From Pseudobdellovibrionaceae bacterium (GTDB lineage Bacteria > Bdellovibrionota > Bdellovibrionia > Bdellovibrionales > Bdellovibrionaceae): a DNA stretch of 33,022 nucleotides. Position numbers and translations under genes: made by a program. The stretch's first letter is position 1, and the number at the start of each line of letters is the position of its first letter. Positions 8,074 through 16,939 of the stretch are shown here, piece after piece. The stretch covers positions 1-33,022 of the forward strand of contig JBDHWW010000034.1 of NCBI GenBank assembly GCA_039810425.1, read 5' to 3'. The notes below the pieces were generated by a model that worked only from the letters and a program-made list of their open reading frames with translations, was not told the DNA's origin and made no database searches.

Positions 8074-9202
8074 AACCAAACTTGCGCTCTTAGTCGTCTC
8101 CTCAATGTCGACAACCAGCTATGCCAACTCCCCAGCCAAGGAGGTGGTGCCCGACTACAGTCTGCAAATGACAGAGGCCTTCCTCGCCTGGCCTCTCAGT
8201 CAAAGCAGGAAAGAGACCCTTGTGGCCGTGATCGACACCGGTCTGGACACTCATCACCAGGTTCTCCGCGAAAACTTATGGACGAACCCCGGCGAAACCG
8301 GTGTCGATATTCTCGGCCGCGACAAATCCAGCAACGGCGTTGACGACGATGGAAACGGTTACATCGACGACGTGCATGGCTGGAACTTTGCCGGCAATAA
8401 CAATGATCTCTCGGACAATCACGGCCACGGCACTCACGTAGCCGGGATCATCCTCAATGTTGCCCCCAAAACTGGCCTCATGGTTCTGAAATACTATGAC
8501 CCCAAGGCCAGCGGTGAAGACAATCTAACCAACACCGTGAAGGCGATCCGCTACGCCATTAAAATGAATGCCAAAATTATCAACTACTCCGGCGGCGGCA
8601 CCACCAAGTTTCCCGACGAAGAGCTCGCCATTCGCGAAGCACGGCAAAAAGGAATCCTTATCGTCGCCGCAGCAGGCAATGAACGCACAAACTCCGACAT
8701 TAACGGCTTCTACCCTGCCGACTACGGGCTCTCAAACATCATCTCTGTCACAGCCGTCGATGAAAACCGCAAAGTCCTTCCTTCGAGCAACTACGGCATA
8801 GGCACCGTGGACATCGCGGCACCCGGCAAGAATATCGTCTCCACCCTTCCAGGAGGGAAATTCGGAACGATGACCGGAACGTCGCAAGCCACAGCCTTTG
8901 TCACCGGCACTGCGGTCCTTCTGATGGCTGCGGGTTACAAAACCCCTGAGGGCATCATCCAGCAGATCACCTCCACAGGTTCTGACAACCGCTTCCTCGT
9001 CGGGAAGACTAAGTATGAAACAACTTTGAATGCTTACCGCTCCCTTGTCATGAAGGGGGTCGGCCTCGGAGCCTTCGGCGCTGGGGTCCTCAATAGCTCA
9101 ACCGATCAAGACTTCTCCTCCAAGCTTGATCCGGACTCCGAGGACCCTGGCGCTGAAGAGCTGCCTTTTAAGCGCCTCGTGCAGAATTCAAAGATGCACT
9201 AG
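8060..9202 (+). CDS. Secreted S8 subtilase
   Basis: Catalytic triad VIDTG, HGTHVAG, GTSQAT; oxyanion AAAGN; Ca-binding-type insert NGVDDDGNGYIDD. Overlaps the upstream gene by 14 nt. Confidence 0.93.
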   Translation: MSLSKTKLALLVVSSMSTTSYANSPAKEVVPDYSLQMTEAFLAWPLSQSRKETLVAVIDTGLDTHHQVLRENLWTNPGETGVDILGRDKSSNGVDDDGNGYIDDVHGWNFAGNNNDLSDNHGHGTHVAGIILNVAPKTGLMVLKYYDPKASGEDNLTNTVKAIRYAIKMNAKIINYSGGGTTKFPDEELAIREARQKGILIVAAAGNERTNSDINGFYPADYGLSNIISVTAVDENRKVLPSSNYGIGTVDIAAPGKNIVSTLPGGKFGTMTGTSQATAFVTGTAVLLMAAGYKTPEGIIQQITSTGSDNRFLVGKTKYETTLNAYRSLVMKGVGLGAFGAGVLNSSTDQDFSSKLDPDSEDPGAEELPFKRLVQNSKMH

Positions 9203-9258
9203 CTCTTTTGTTCCAGCCACTCTCACCCGGTCCAACCGCGGCGCCTACCAAAAATCCG

Positions 9259-10464
9259 CTATTCTTCCAACTCTGGAATGCGCGAGAACGCAATCGCGGC
9301 CGGAGCGGCAGAGATCTTATCCTGAAGTACGGCAAGATAAACAGTGTCCTTGCCGAATTTTTCGTTGATCTTATCGACCACGCCAAAGAGCTGTTCACGC
9401 TTGGTATTCTCAAAAAACGAAAACTGATGATTTTCAGCTTTTCTAAAATCAGATAATACAACTGAGACCATGAATGGCTTATAAGTCTTCGGCATGTCCC
9501 TAAACATCTTTGCCAGATGAGCCATGAGCAACGCCGTATCCTGCGTCTCATCAAGCTTCACCGCCCGCTCAAAGCGCTCGTGATGATTCATGAACTTCAC
9601 CGAAACACTCATTCGTTTTGTCAGAAAGTTTTCTTTACGGAGGCGCACCGCAGTCTTCGATAATAACTTCTGACAGATACCGAAAGCCCCTTGCCAGTGG
9701 CGCATCTCCGGCGGTAGCACGTGCTGATGACTGATACTCTGGCTTTTATTGCGCGGGACCAGCAAGTTCTCACCCCGAAGAAGATAGTAATAGCGACTAC
9801 CGACGAGACTCCCCCATAGACCGTGCATCTGACGTTCATTCATCGCCAAAAGCTGTGGCATCGAAGTCACCCCCTTGGCATTCAGACGGGACTCCATCTT
9901 TGCGCCCACCCCTGGAATATCCCGAAGCTTCAAAGCCCCCAAGCGCTCCGCGAGTTCTTCTTTTTTAAGAACTACCAGGCCATCGGGCTTTTGCATGTCG
10001 CTTGCCATTTTTCCAAGCAGCATATTGGGAGCAATTCCAATCGACGAGGTCAGGCACTCCCCCACACGCTCGCGTATTTCCTGTTTAATTTTCAATGCAA
10101 GCGCCGTTGCGACTTCAACATTCTGCTGAGAGCCGGTCAGCTCGCAGGCGAACTCATCCACGGAGCACACCGAATGAATCGGCACGCAGCTTTCAAGTAC
10201 TTCGCGGACTTTGTGATGGAATTCTATATAAGTGCGGTGACGGGATTTAACGAGCCGCAAGCCCGGGCACATCCTTTTGGCATCACCCACCAAAGTGCCC
10301 GTCTTGATCCCTTTGGCTTTGGCCTCATAACTTGCGGCTAAAACAGCGGTGGTGTCCGCCATCATCGGAACAACTGCAACAGGCTTTCTTCGCAGTTCAG
10401 GATTTTCCTGTTGCTCGCATGAGGCAAAGAAAGAATTTAAGTCGAGGTAAAGCCATCTCACCAT
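9259..10464 (-). CDS. dinB: Y-family DNA polymerase (DinB/Pol IV-like)
   Basis: YLDLNSFFAS, AASYEAKAKG, SVDE catalytic motif, ASDMQKPDG, IPGVG HhH, VDKINEKFG. Start moved to ATG 10464. Confidence 0.88.
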   Translation of the reverse strand: MVRWLYLDLNSFFASCEQQENPELRRKPVAVVPMMADTTAVLAASYEAKAKGIKTGTLVGDAKRMCPGLRLVKSRHRTYIEFHHKVREVLESCVPIHSVCSVDEFACELTGSQQNVEVATALALKIKQEIRERVGECLTSSIGIAPNMLLGKMASDMQKPDGLVVLKKEELAERLGALKLRDIPGVGAKMESRLNAKGVTSMPQLLAMNERQMHGLWGSLVGSRYYYLLRGENLLVPRNKSQSISHQHVLPPEMRHWQGAFGICQKLLSKTAVRLRKENFLTKRMSVSVKFMNHHERFERAVKLDETQDTALLMAHLAKMFRDMPKTYKPFMVSVVLSDFRKAENHQFSFFENTKREQLFGVVDKINEKFGKDTVYLAVLQDKISAAPAAIAFSRIPELEE

Positions 10465-10538
10465 GTAAGTCAAATTAGTCCATTCTCAGATAGTTCTCAA
10501 TCAACTTATAGGCTATTTTTCCGGGAAAACGCGCGTTT

Positions 10539-11228
10539 CTACAAAGGGTCGATTTCGATGACCGTTGGCAAGCCGAGCCTTGCGGCGTCCGGTGCATTGG
10601 TAAAGTCGATCTTCACAGCGCGCAGAGCGATTCCTGGTTGTGTGAACTTGAGCTTTGAACCGTAGAGGCCGTCACCCACAATCGGAAACCCATGCGAACT
10701 GAGTTCAAACCTCAACTGGTGCGACCGGCCCGTGAGGGGATGCAATTCCCAGCGATGCCAATCTCCACCCATCGCGGCACGGCCCAAATACACAGCTTCG
10801 GTCTCACTCGGCTTGCCATGGGCGTGATCGTACGCACGGCGTTTTCCGCGCAGAAGGCGGCTTGTCCAAAAAAACTTCTCACCCGGCACCAGTATCAAAG
10901 TGGTGCGGTCATTTTTCACATTGACTGGGATATGATCAAAGTTCTGGCCGCTCGTGAAAGCTTGATAGACCTTAAAGACGCTTTTGTATTCAAACCAGGC
11001 ATTGGCAATCGCGTGCGCTTTTGCATCTCTGGCAAAAATGACAAGGCCTGACACTTCGAAATCTAAACGGTGCACGGGAAAGATCTGCTCACCCAGCTTG
11101 GATTGCAGCGCTAAGCCCAAGCACTCCCGCTCATCGCGCGCACCTTCGCGTCCCGGAGTCGTCAGCACCATCGCAGGTTTTTCCAACACTACAAAGTTTT
11201 CGTTTTGAAAAACGATCTCTAATTTCAT
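10539..11228 (-). CDS. RluA family RNA pseudouridine synthase
   Basis: VVLEKP, catalytic HRLD, TGRSHQLR, PIVGDGLYG; ATGA overlap with rlmE. Confidence 0.92.
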   Translation of the reverse strand: MKLEIVFQNENFVVLEKPAMVLTTPGREGARDERECLGLALQSKLGEQIFPVHRLDFEVSGLVIFARDAKAHAIANAWFEYKSVFKVYQAFTSGQNFDHIPVNVKNDRTTLILVPGEKFFWTSRLLRGKRRAYDHAHGKPSETEAVYLGRAAMGGDWHRWELHPLTGRSHQLRFELSSHGFPIVGDGLYGSKLKFTQPGIALRAVKIDFTNAPDAARLGLPTVIEIDPL

Positions 11229-11818
11229 AATTTTTTATTAAGCCCGACGAGGAAGATCTCTTTTGAAATCTTGCGGGTGCTGTCTGGCTTCACGGCTTCG
11301 AACTTTTGGAAATCTTTTTTGATTTCATCACGAAGCTTTCCGAATTCATCACTATGGAAAAGCTTGCAAACAAAGTGCCCGCCCGGCTTCAAGAACCTCC
11401 GAGCCACATCCAATGCGAGCTCACAAAGAGCCATGGAGCGCGCCTGATCCGTGAAGCGGTGACCGGTGGTGTTGGGTGCCATATCTGACATCACCAAGTC
11501 AAACGGCGGCTGAAAGCCATGTTCTTTGAAAATGTCCTCGAGCTTCAGGTCGTAAAGGTCGGCCTGGATAAAAACCGCGTTTTTCAGTTTTACAGTCACA
11601 GGCTTTAAATCCACACCGAGAACTTTGCCGCCACCACCAATTTTTTGTGAAGCATACTGAGACCAAGATCCCGGAGATGCCCCGAGATCCAAAACCACTT
11701 GATTTGGTTTAAAAATTTTGTACTTTTTGTCGATTTCTTCGAGCTTGAAAACCGAGCGAGCCGCGTAATTCTCTTCTTTGGCCTTCTTAAAATAGTGATC
11801 TCGAGGGTTGTAAGTCAT
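11225..11818 (-). CDS. rlmE: 23S rRNA Um2552 methyltransferase RlmE (FtsJ/RrmJ)
   Basis: ARSVFKL, DLGASPGSWSQ, SDMAPN, FVCKLF, KPDSTRKISKE (K-D-K-E tetrad). Confidence 0.95.
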   Translation of the reverse strand: MTYNPRDHYFKKAKEENYAARSVFKLEEIDKKYKIFKPNQVVLDLGASPGSWSQYASQKIGGGGKVLGVDLKPVTVKLKNAVFIQADLYDLKLEDIFKEHGFQPPFDLVMSDMAPNTTGHRFTDQARSMALCELALDVARRFLKPGGHFVCKLFHSDEFGKLRDEIKKDFQKFEAVKPDSTRKISKEIFLVGLNKKL

Positions 11819-11904
11819 GGCGCGCACTATATCAGACTCCCTGGGTTGAAAAAAGAACCCTTTAGGGCTATTCTCCCAAATGTAAGAATTATCAAGGGGT
11901 TCTC

Positions 11905-12105
11905 ATGGAAATCGCGCTGGTGATGGGTCTATTTTTTTTAGTTTGTACGATGATCTTCGTATTCATCGCGATTTTCTTGCCTGAGTGGGTCGGCATCACC
12001 GGCAAAAAAGCCCACGAAGTCATGCGCGAGCACGTTGAATCTCCGGCCGCCAACAGCCAAGCCTGCGAAGAGGCTCCGAAAGATGAAAAAACAAGCCCCC
12101 AGTAG
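11905..12105 (+). CDS. Small single-pass membrane protein
   Basis: Hydrophobic N-terminal helix, PEWVGITGK motif and acidic tail; AAGGGG RBS. Confidence 0.65.
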   Translation: MEIALVMGLFFLVCTMIFVFIAIFLPEWVGITGKKAHEVMREHVESPAANSQACEEAPKDEKTSPQ

Positions 12106-12196
12106 AACTCGCATTGCAGCTATGAAGCACCTATTCAAATGGGTTAGACCACAGCTTTATCAAAATCATTTTGTGCCGGATTTGTCCGGGAGAGGC

Positions 12197-13444
12197 TTAG
12201 GAGGGGCCCCTTTCACGAACTCGGCACAAAAGGGTTCCGCCCGACAGGAACAACGCCAAAAGGCCCATCATGCCGTAGCGGTGCTCGCCCGTCAGGTAAA
12301 CGGTCCAACCAACAATCAGCGGCCCTAAGATTGATGCGAATTTGCCCACCAGATTGAACAGTCCAAAATACTCGCCGCTGGCTTCACGCGGAATCATTTG
12401 CGCAAAGAAGCTCCGGCTTAAGGACTGCACTCCTCCTTGGAACATGCCGATGAAAATCGCCAGCACATAGAAGTGCCAGTCCTTACTCATCTGTGTTGCA
12501 AGAATCACCGCGATCGCGTAGGCCGCCACGCACATCAAAATCGGCTTACGGAGGCCAAAACGATGCGTGACCGTACCGAAAGCCCATGCGCAAGGGAATC
12601 CCACAAACTGCGTGATCAGCAAAGCAATCATCAAATTCTGCGCGCCCAAGCCGATTGCGACACCATAGTCCACCGCCATCGTCATCACCGTGTAGACACC
12701 GTCGATGAAAAGCCAATACGCCAACACAAAATTAAAAAGATTTTTGTGGCGAACGAGATCTTTCATCGTGCGCCACAGACTCGCGGAACTGAGGCTCATC
12801 ATCTGGCCGAAAGACCCCTTGAATTCCGAGCGTGGCTCCGGCACGTTCCTCATCAGAGGAAAAGTAAAGAGGAACCACCACGCACTCACCGTCAGAAATG
12901 AAAACTTCACGGCGGCCTCTTTGCCATCAAAGCCAAACTTGTCCGGGAAAAGGAGCATGATCACATTTATCAGGAATAAAATCCCGCCCCCCAGATACCC
13001 TAAGGCATAACCCACCGAAGAGGCATAATCGAGTTGACGGCCCTCCGCCACATAGGGCAGGAGCGAATCATAGAATACGCAGCTGGCGTTAAAGGCCATC
13101 ATCGAGATGCCGTATGCGAGAATCGCCGGCCACCAGTCGCCCTGGCCGATAAAGTAAAGCCCGCCACAGCTGAAAACTCCGAGAAGCATGAACAAAAAGA
13201 GATAAAGCTTTTTGTGAGATCGCAAATCAGCAACAGCCCCAAGAAGGGGGCTCAGTATAGCGATCAAGAGACTTGATAGCGAGATTGCTGTGCCTAAACG
13301 ATTGGTCGTAAGTGTGGAATCGGCGCCGGCACTCCAGTATTTTTGAAAGAACAACGGGAAGAATCCCGCCATCACTGTGGTCGCATAGGCGCTATTGGCC
13401 CAGTCGTAAAGAGCCCAACTTAGGATTTTTTTATCTTTGATCAT
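12197..13444 (-). CDS. MFS transporter, UMF1/ATG22-like family
   Basis: WALYDWANSAY, FYDSLLP, GYALGYLGG, QSLSRS, EYFGLFNL.GK; about 12 TM helices. Confidence 0.92.
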   Translation of the reverse strand: MIKDKKILSWALYDWANSAYATTVMAGFFPLFFQKYWSAGADSTLTTNRLGTAISLSSLLIAILSPLLGAVADLRSHKKLYLFLFMLLGVFSCGGLYFIGQGDWWPAILAYGISMMAFNASCVFYDSLLPYVAEGRQLDYASSVGYALGYLGGGILFLINVIMLLFPDKFGFDGKEAAVKFSFLTVSAWWFLFTFPLMRNVPEPRSEFKGSFGQMMSLSSASLWRTMKDLVRHKNLFNFVLAYWLFIDGVYTVMTMAVDYGVAIGLGAQNLMIALLITQFVGFPCAWAFGTVTHRFGLRKPILMCVAAYAIAVILATQMSKDWHFYVLAIFIGMFQGGVQSLSRSFFAQMIPREASGEYFGLFNLVGKFASILGPLIVGWTVYLTGEHRYGMMGLLALFLSGGTLLCRVRERGPS

Positions 13445-13574
13445 GTCAAAGATCAAAACACGGAAAAGTCAGCGACGCAACCTCTTGCAACGGACGCCCC
13501 CTCCATTTATGACGAGAACACCATTCGACTCGGCGATCTGTTTTTCTGAAAATGCGGCTATCAGGAGGATTCTC

Positions 13575-14054
13575 ATGGAAACAACTCAAATCCCACGGAC
13601 ACGCAAAGCCCGCAACACCCCTAAAATTCCACTGCCAAAAACCTCACGACACCTCAACAACCTGCTCGAATGGCTCGCCCATCCGACAATCCGCAATTTG
13701 AAAAGCGTCCCGCACCACTACTCGCGCGACGCGTTCTTTAAGGATCCGTTCACGGAAGTATACACTGCTGCGGAAATTCAAAAATACTACGACCACACGC
13801 TGTCTCGTTTGAGCAATGTGCATTTTGTTTTTGAAAACATCATGGAAGAAGGTCGGCAAGCTTTTGTCACTTGGGTGATGACCGCGCGGTTCATGGGCCG
13901 TGAGTTCTCGGTTCAAGGAACTTCGCATTTAAAATTCGATGCCAGTGGCCTGTGTGAATACCACCGCGATTACTTCGACCTATCGGAAGAGGTTTATGAA
14001 CAGCTTCCTCTTTTGGGGTCCTTGTTCCGCGGGCTAAAACGCGTTTTGAACTAA
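13575..14054 (+). CDS. NTF2/SnoaL-like protein
   Basis: Start at ATG 13575 after AGGAGG; YSRDAFFKDPF, WVM, GTSHLKF, HRDYFD...EVYEQLPLLG. Confidence 0.85.
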   Translation: METTQIPRTRKARNTPKIPLPKTSRHLNNLLEWLAHPTIRNLKSVPHHYSRDAFFKDPFTEVYTAAEIQKYYDHTLSRLSNVHFVFENIMEEGRQAFVTWVMTARFMGREFSVQGTSHLKFDASGLCEYHRDYFDLSEEVYEQLPLLGSLFRGLKRVLN

Positions 14055-14088
14055 CCATCGTCAAAAATCCAACACCGCCAAAGTTACG

Positions 14089-14129
14089 TCGGCAAAGACA
14101 CCAACAAACCGGCCTTTGCCGATTTTTTT
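14089..14129 (+). terminator. Rho-independent terminator
   Basis: Stem TCGGCAAAG (14089-14097) / CTTTGCCGA (14114-14122) followed by T7. Confidence 0.7.
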
Positions 14130-14216
14130 CCTAAGTCATTCCCGCCATTTATAAGGCCCCTGGACGGAAGACTGCCGAGCACCCCGTTTGCTGCAAATCC
14201 CCTGTAAGGGGGATGA

Positions 14217-14921
14217 ATGATTCTTAAAACCACACTGGCTGCTTTCGGTTTTTTACTGCTCACTGCGAATATCAGCTGCGCCAATAAACAGGAAAGCCCA
14301 AACCCAAATCAAGAACCTGCGAAACACGGTATCCTGCCCAGCTATGAAGCTTATCCTCTGGCGTGGGAAGGCCAGAAAAGTGACGGCAAAGACTGGACGA
14401 ATTATCTGTTCGAACTGATCCAGCAACAAGCCCCGGATCTGATCCAAGGCGCTGACGACGTCACCCTCTTTTGCCCTCGCTACTTTAGCATGATGACCAA
14501 TGAGCGCATCAACTTCTGGGGTCTTTTAGTGTCTGGCATCGTGAAGTATGAAAGCGGCTTTGATCCGACAAGCCGTCTGCGTGAAACCACGATGGGCACA
14601 GATCCCGTCACGGGCAAGCCGGTGTACAGTGAAGGCTTGATGCAGCTCTCTTATCAAGATGGCCGCAACTACGAGTTCTGTGATCAATTCGACTGGAATG
14701 TGGATAAGCATCTTGACCCTGCGGATCCCCGCAAAACCATCTTAGACCCCTATAAAAACCTCCAGTGCGGAGTGAAAATTCTAGCCCGGCAGATCCGCGA
14801 CAAAAACCGCATTGCCATCTCTAAAGGGGTTTATTGGGCCGTGATCCGACCAGGCGGTAAATCCAACAAGATTGCACAAATCTCGGCGTTGACCAAAAAG
14901 ATGCCTGGTTGTACAAACTAG
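14217..14921 (+). CDS. Lipoprotein with lytic transglycosylase (SLT/lysozyme-like) domain
   Basis: Lipobox-like NISC; catalytic KYESG, GLMQLS and DPYKNLQCG motifs. Confidence 0.8.
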   Translation: MILKTTLAAFGFLLLTANISCANKQESPNPNQEPAKHGILPSYEAYPLAWEGQKSDGKDWTNYLFELIQQQAPDLIQGADDVTLFCPRYFSMMTNERINFWGLLVSGIVKYESGFDPTSRLRETTMGTDPVTGKPVYSEGLMQLSYQDGRNYEFCDQFDWNVDKHLDPADPRKTILDPYKNLQCGVKILARQIRDKNRIAISKGVYWAVIRPGGKSNKIAQISALTKKMPGCTN

Positions 14922-14943
14922 GTACTTTAAACCAGGATTTGTG

Positions 14944-15447
14944 ATGACTAAAACGCGCCAAAAAGAACTGAAAAACTTTTCCCTCGGATCGGAAAAAACC
15001 GAATACCCGCAAACCTATTCTCCGGGGATTTTAGAGGCTTTTGAAAACAAAAATCCTGGCAAAGTTGCTTGGACGAGCTTTGTCTGCACGGAGTTCACCA
15101 GCCTCTGCCCTAAAACCGGCCAACCTGATTTCGCGAAGATCTTCATCAACTACATCGCGGACGAAAAGATGGTCGAATCCAAATCTTTGAAGCTGTACCT
15201 CTTCAGCTATCGCAATCACGGCGACTTCCACGAAGACTGCGTTCAGAAAATTTGCAACGACCTCGTGAAGCTGCTGAAACCAAAGTACATCGAAGTCATC
15301 GGCGAATTCACCCCACGCGGCGGTATTGCGATCTATCCTTTTGCGAGCCACGCAAATAAAGAAAAGACGTTTCGCTCCCTGTATGAGAACCGTCTTGCGG
15401 GATACGCCCCCGGCAAATACAGCATGGAACTTTCAAAGCTGTACTAA
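14944..15447 (+). CDS. queF: NADPH-dependent 7-cyano-7-deazaguanine reductase, type I
   Basis: EFTSLCPKTGQPDFA, QueF motif VESKSLKLYL, DFHEDC, FTPRGGI. Confidence 0.96.
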   Translation: MTKTRQKELKNFSLGSEKTEYPQTYSPGILEAFENKNPGKVAWTSFVCTEFTSLCPKTGQPDFAKIFINYIADEKMVESKSLKLYLFSYRNHGDFHEDCVQKICNDLVKLLKPKYIEVIGEFTPRGGIAIYPFASHANKEKTFRSLYENRLAGYAPGKYSMELSKLY

Positions 15448-15485
15448 CGCACAGCCATCGGTCCAGTAAACAGACAATTCTAGCC

Positions 15486-15512
15486 TTAAGACTTCCTGTG
15501 GGACTCCGATAC
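15486..15512 (+). promoter_or_regulatory. Putative sigma28 (FliA)-type promoter, leaderless geometry
   Basis: TTAA-N15-TCCGATAC; ATG 15520 follows 7 nt later with no SD. Confidence 0.5.
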
Positions 15513-15519
15513 ATACAAC

Positions 15520-16425
15520 ATGTCCTACACTAAGATTTTTGTGATCATGGCTAGCACTTTGCTTTTCCTGTTCGTAGGAAAACCAGTCGCCTTCGCCCAA
15601 CAGGATATCGAACCCGACTTCTCTAACTTCGACGATCCCGACGCGAAACCCGTGAACAAAGCCAAGGTAGCCGTCGAGGCGGAACCACCTTGCGGTACTT
15701 GCAGCGGCGAACTTCCAAAGACCAAGAACCAAGAGCAACTTAAAACTGTCATCAAAGAGACCAAAAAACAAGCCACCGTCAAGGCCGTGAAAGAGAAAAC
15801 TCCGCCTAAAAGAAAACAAGAAAGCTGCGTGACGTGCGGCCGCAAAAAAGTTGCGGATAAAACTTACTTGGAAAAAGCCACCGGCGAGTCGGGCTGGAAC
15901 CAGTTTCCTGAAATCATGGCTTACAGCAACTCTTCTCAAGTCGAAAACATGATTGCCTGGGCGACCAGTCATCACTTCAGTAGCTCGCAGGGGTATTGCT
16001 ACCGCTATGTCAAACAAGCTCTGTGCGGTGCCGAAAGACCGAAGTGTAAACCCGGGGCGTTGGTGAAAGAATACCTCAAGGGCAATCCGGTGTTTGCCGA
16101 CTTGCCGTCATCGGTTCCTCAAAATAAACGTATCGGCTCAAATGCGATTAAAGCTTTAGAAGCGGAGGGCTTTAAAAATCTTCTGGCGGATCCCACAACT
16201 GCGGATCTTATCAAAAATCCGGCATCGGCACCGAAAGGGGCGATCCTGATTTATGCCGGCGGAAAAAACGGCGGTCACATCGAGATCAAGACCAGCGAAA
16301 GAACGAAAGGCAGCTATATAAGCGATTTCTCAGAGCCAAATTCCATCTTGAAAAATGAATTGGCGGGCCGGGCCAGCCATCGCTATCAGTTAGTCGGCGT
16401 AATGATCAAGCCCATGGGGAGTTAA
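15520..16425 (+). CDS. Secreted papain-like (NlpC/P60/CHAP superfamily) peptidoglycan amidase/endopeptidase
   Basis: Signal peptide ending AFA; Lys-rich linker with two CxxC; catalytic-type GYCYRYVKQAL, PKGAILIY, GGHIEI, YISDF. Confidence 0.7.
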   Translation: MSYTKIFVIMASTLLFLFVGKPVAFAQQDIEPDFSNFDDPDAKPVNKAKVAVEAEPPCGTCSGELPKTKNQEQLKTVIKETKKQATVKAVKEKTPPKRKQESCVTCGRKKVADKTYLEKATGESGWNQFPEIMAYSNSSQVENMIAWATSHHFSSSQGYCYRYVKQALCGAERPKCKPGALVKEYLKGNPVFADLPSSVPQNKRIGSNAIKALEAEGFKNLLADPTTADLIKNPASAPKGAILIYAGGKNGGHIEIKTSERTKGSYISDFSEPNSILKNELAGRASHRYQLVGVMIKPMGS

Positions 16426-16426
16426 T

Positions 16427-16864
16427 ATGAAAATAATGCCTTTTCTTCTTTCACTTTCGATCTCCTCATCCGCCTTCGCGGACCCGACGGTGTTTAAAAA
16501 CATCACCGAGGCCGAGACCAAACTCGCCGGCTATACCGTTGCCGATATTGACGGCGACAAACAAAGGCTGGCGGAAGGCAAAGACCTTAAAATCAACGAG
16601 ATCTTTAGCGATCTCGAGGCGATTTCCGCATTGCTCGTGAAGCAGAAGCTAACGGAAGAACTCGCCTTGCAAATGGAACGCGCCTGCCTGCTTGCTTCTT
16701 TGCACGACGGTTCGAACTACGCAGTGGATATCATCCTGACGATCTATCAAAAAAACAAATCCATCTTCGAAAAAGCCGCTCAAAGACTTCACCCCTACGA
16801 CCGCAAGAACCTGATGGATGTTTTTAAAGGGAAAGACAACGAAAGCAAAAACGGAAACGGCTAA
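16427..16864 (+). CDS. Small secreted helical protein, candidate partner of the amidase
   Basis: Signal peptide MKIMPFLLSLSISSSAFA; starts 1 nt after the amidase stop; GGGGAG RBS. Confidence 0.75.
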   Translation: MKIMPFLLSLSISSSAFADPTVFKNITEAETKLAGYTVADIDGDKQRLAEGKDLKINEIFSDLEAISALLVKQKLTEELALQMERACLLASLHDGSNYAVDIILTIYQKNKSIFEKAAQRLHPYDRKNLMDVFKGKDNESKNGNG

Positions 16865-16939
16865 CTAAGCCGAAAACTCCGTTAAGCTTAAATCCATAAA
16901 AAATCTCACCAAGCTTTGGCTCAGGAAATTAACATAATC

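Noticed and set aside
14922..14943. preQ1 riboswitch upstream of queF
   Set aside because: Only about 20 nt of intergenic space and no recognisable aptamer.
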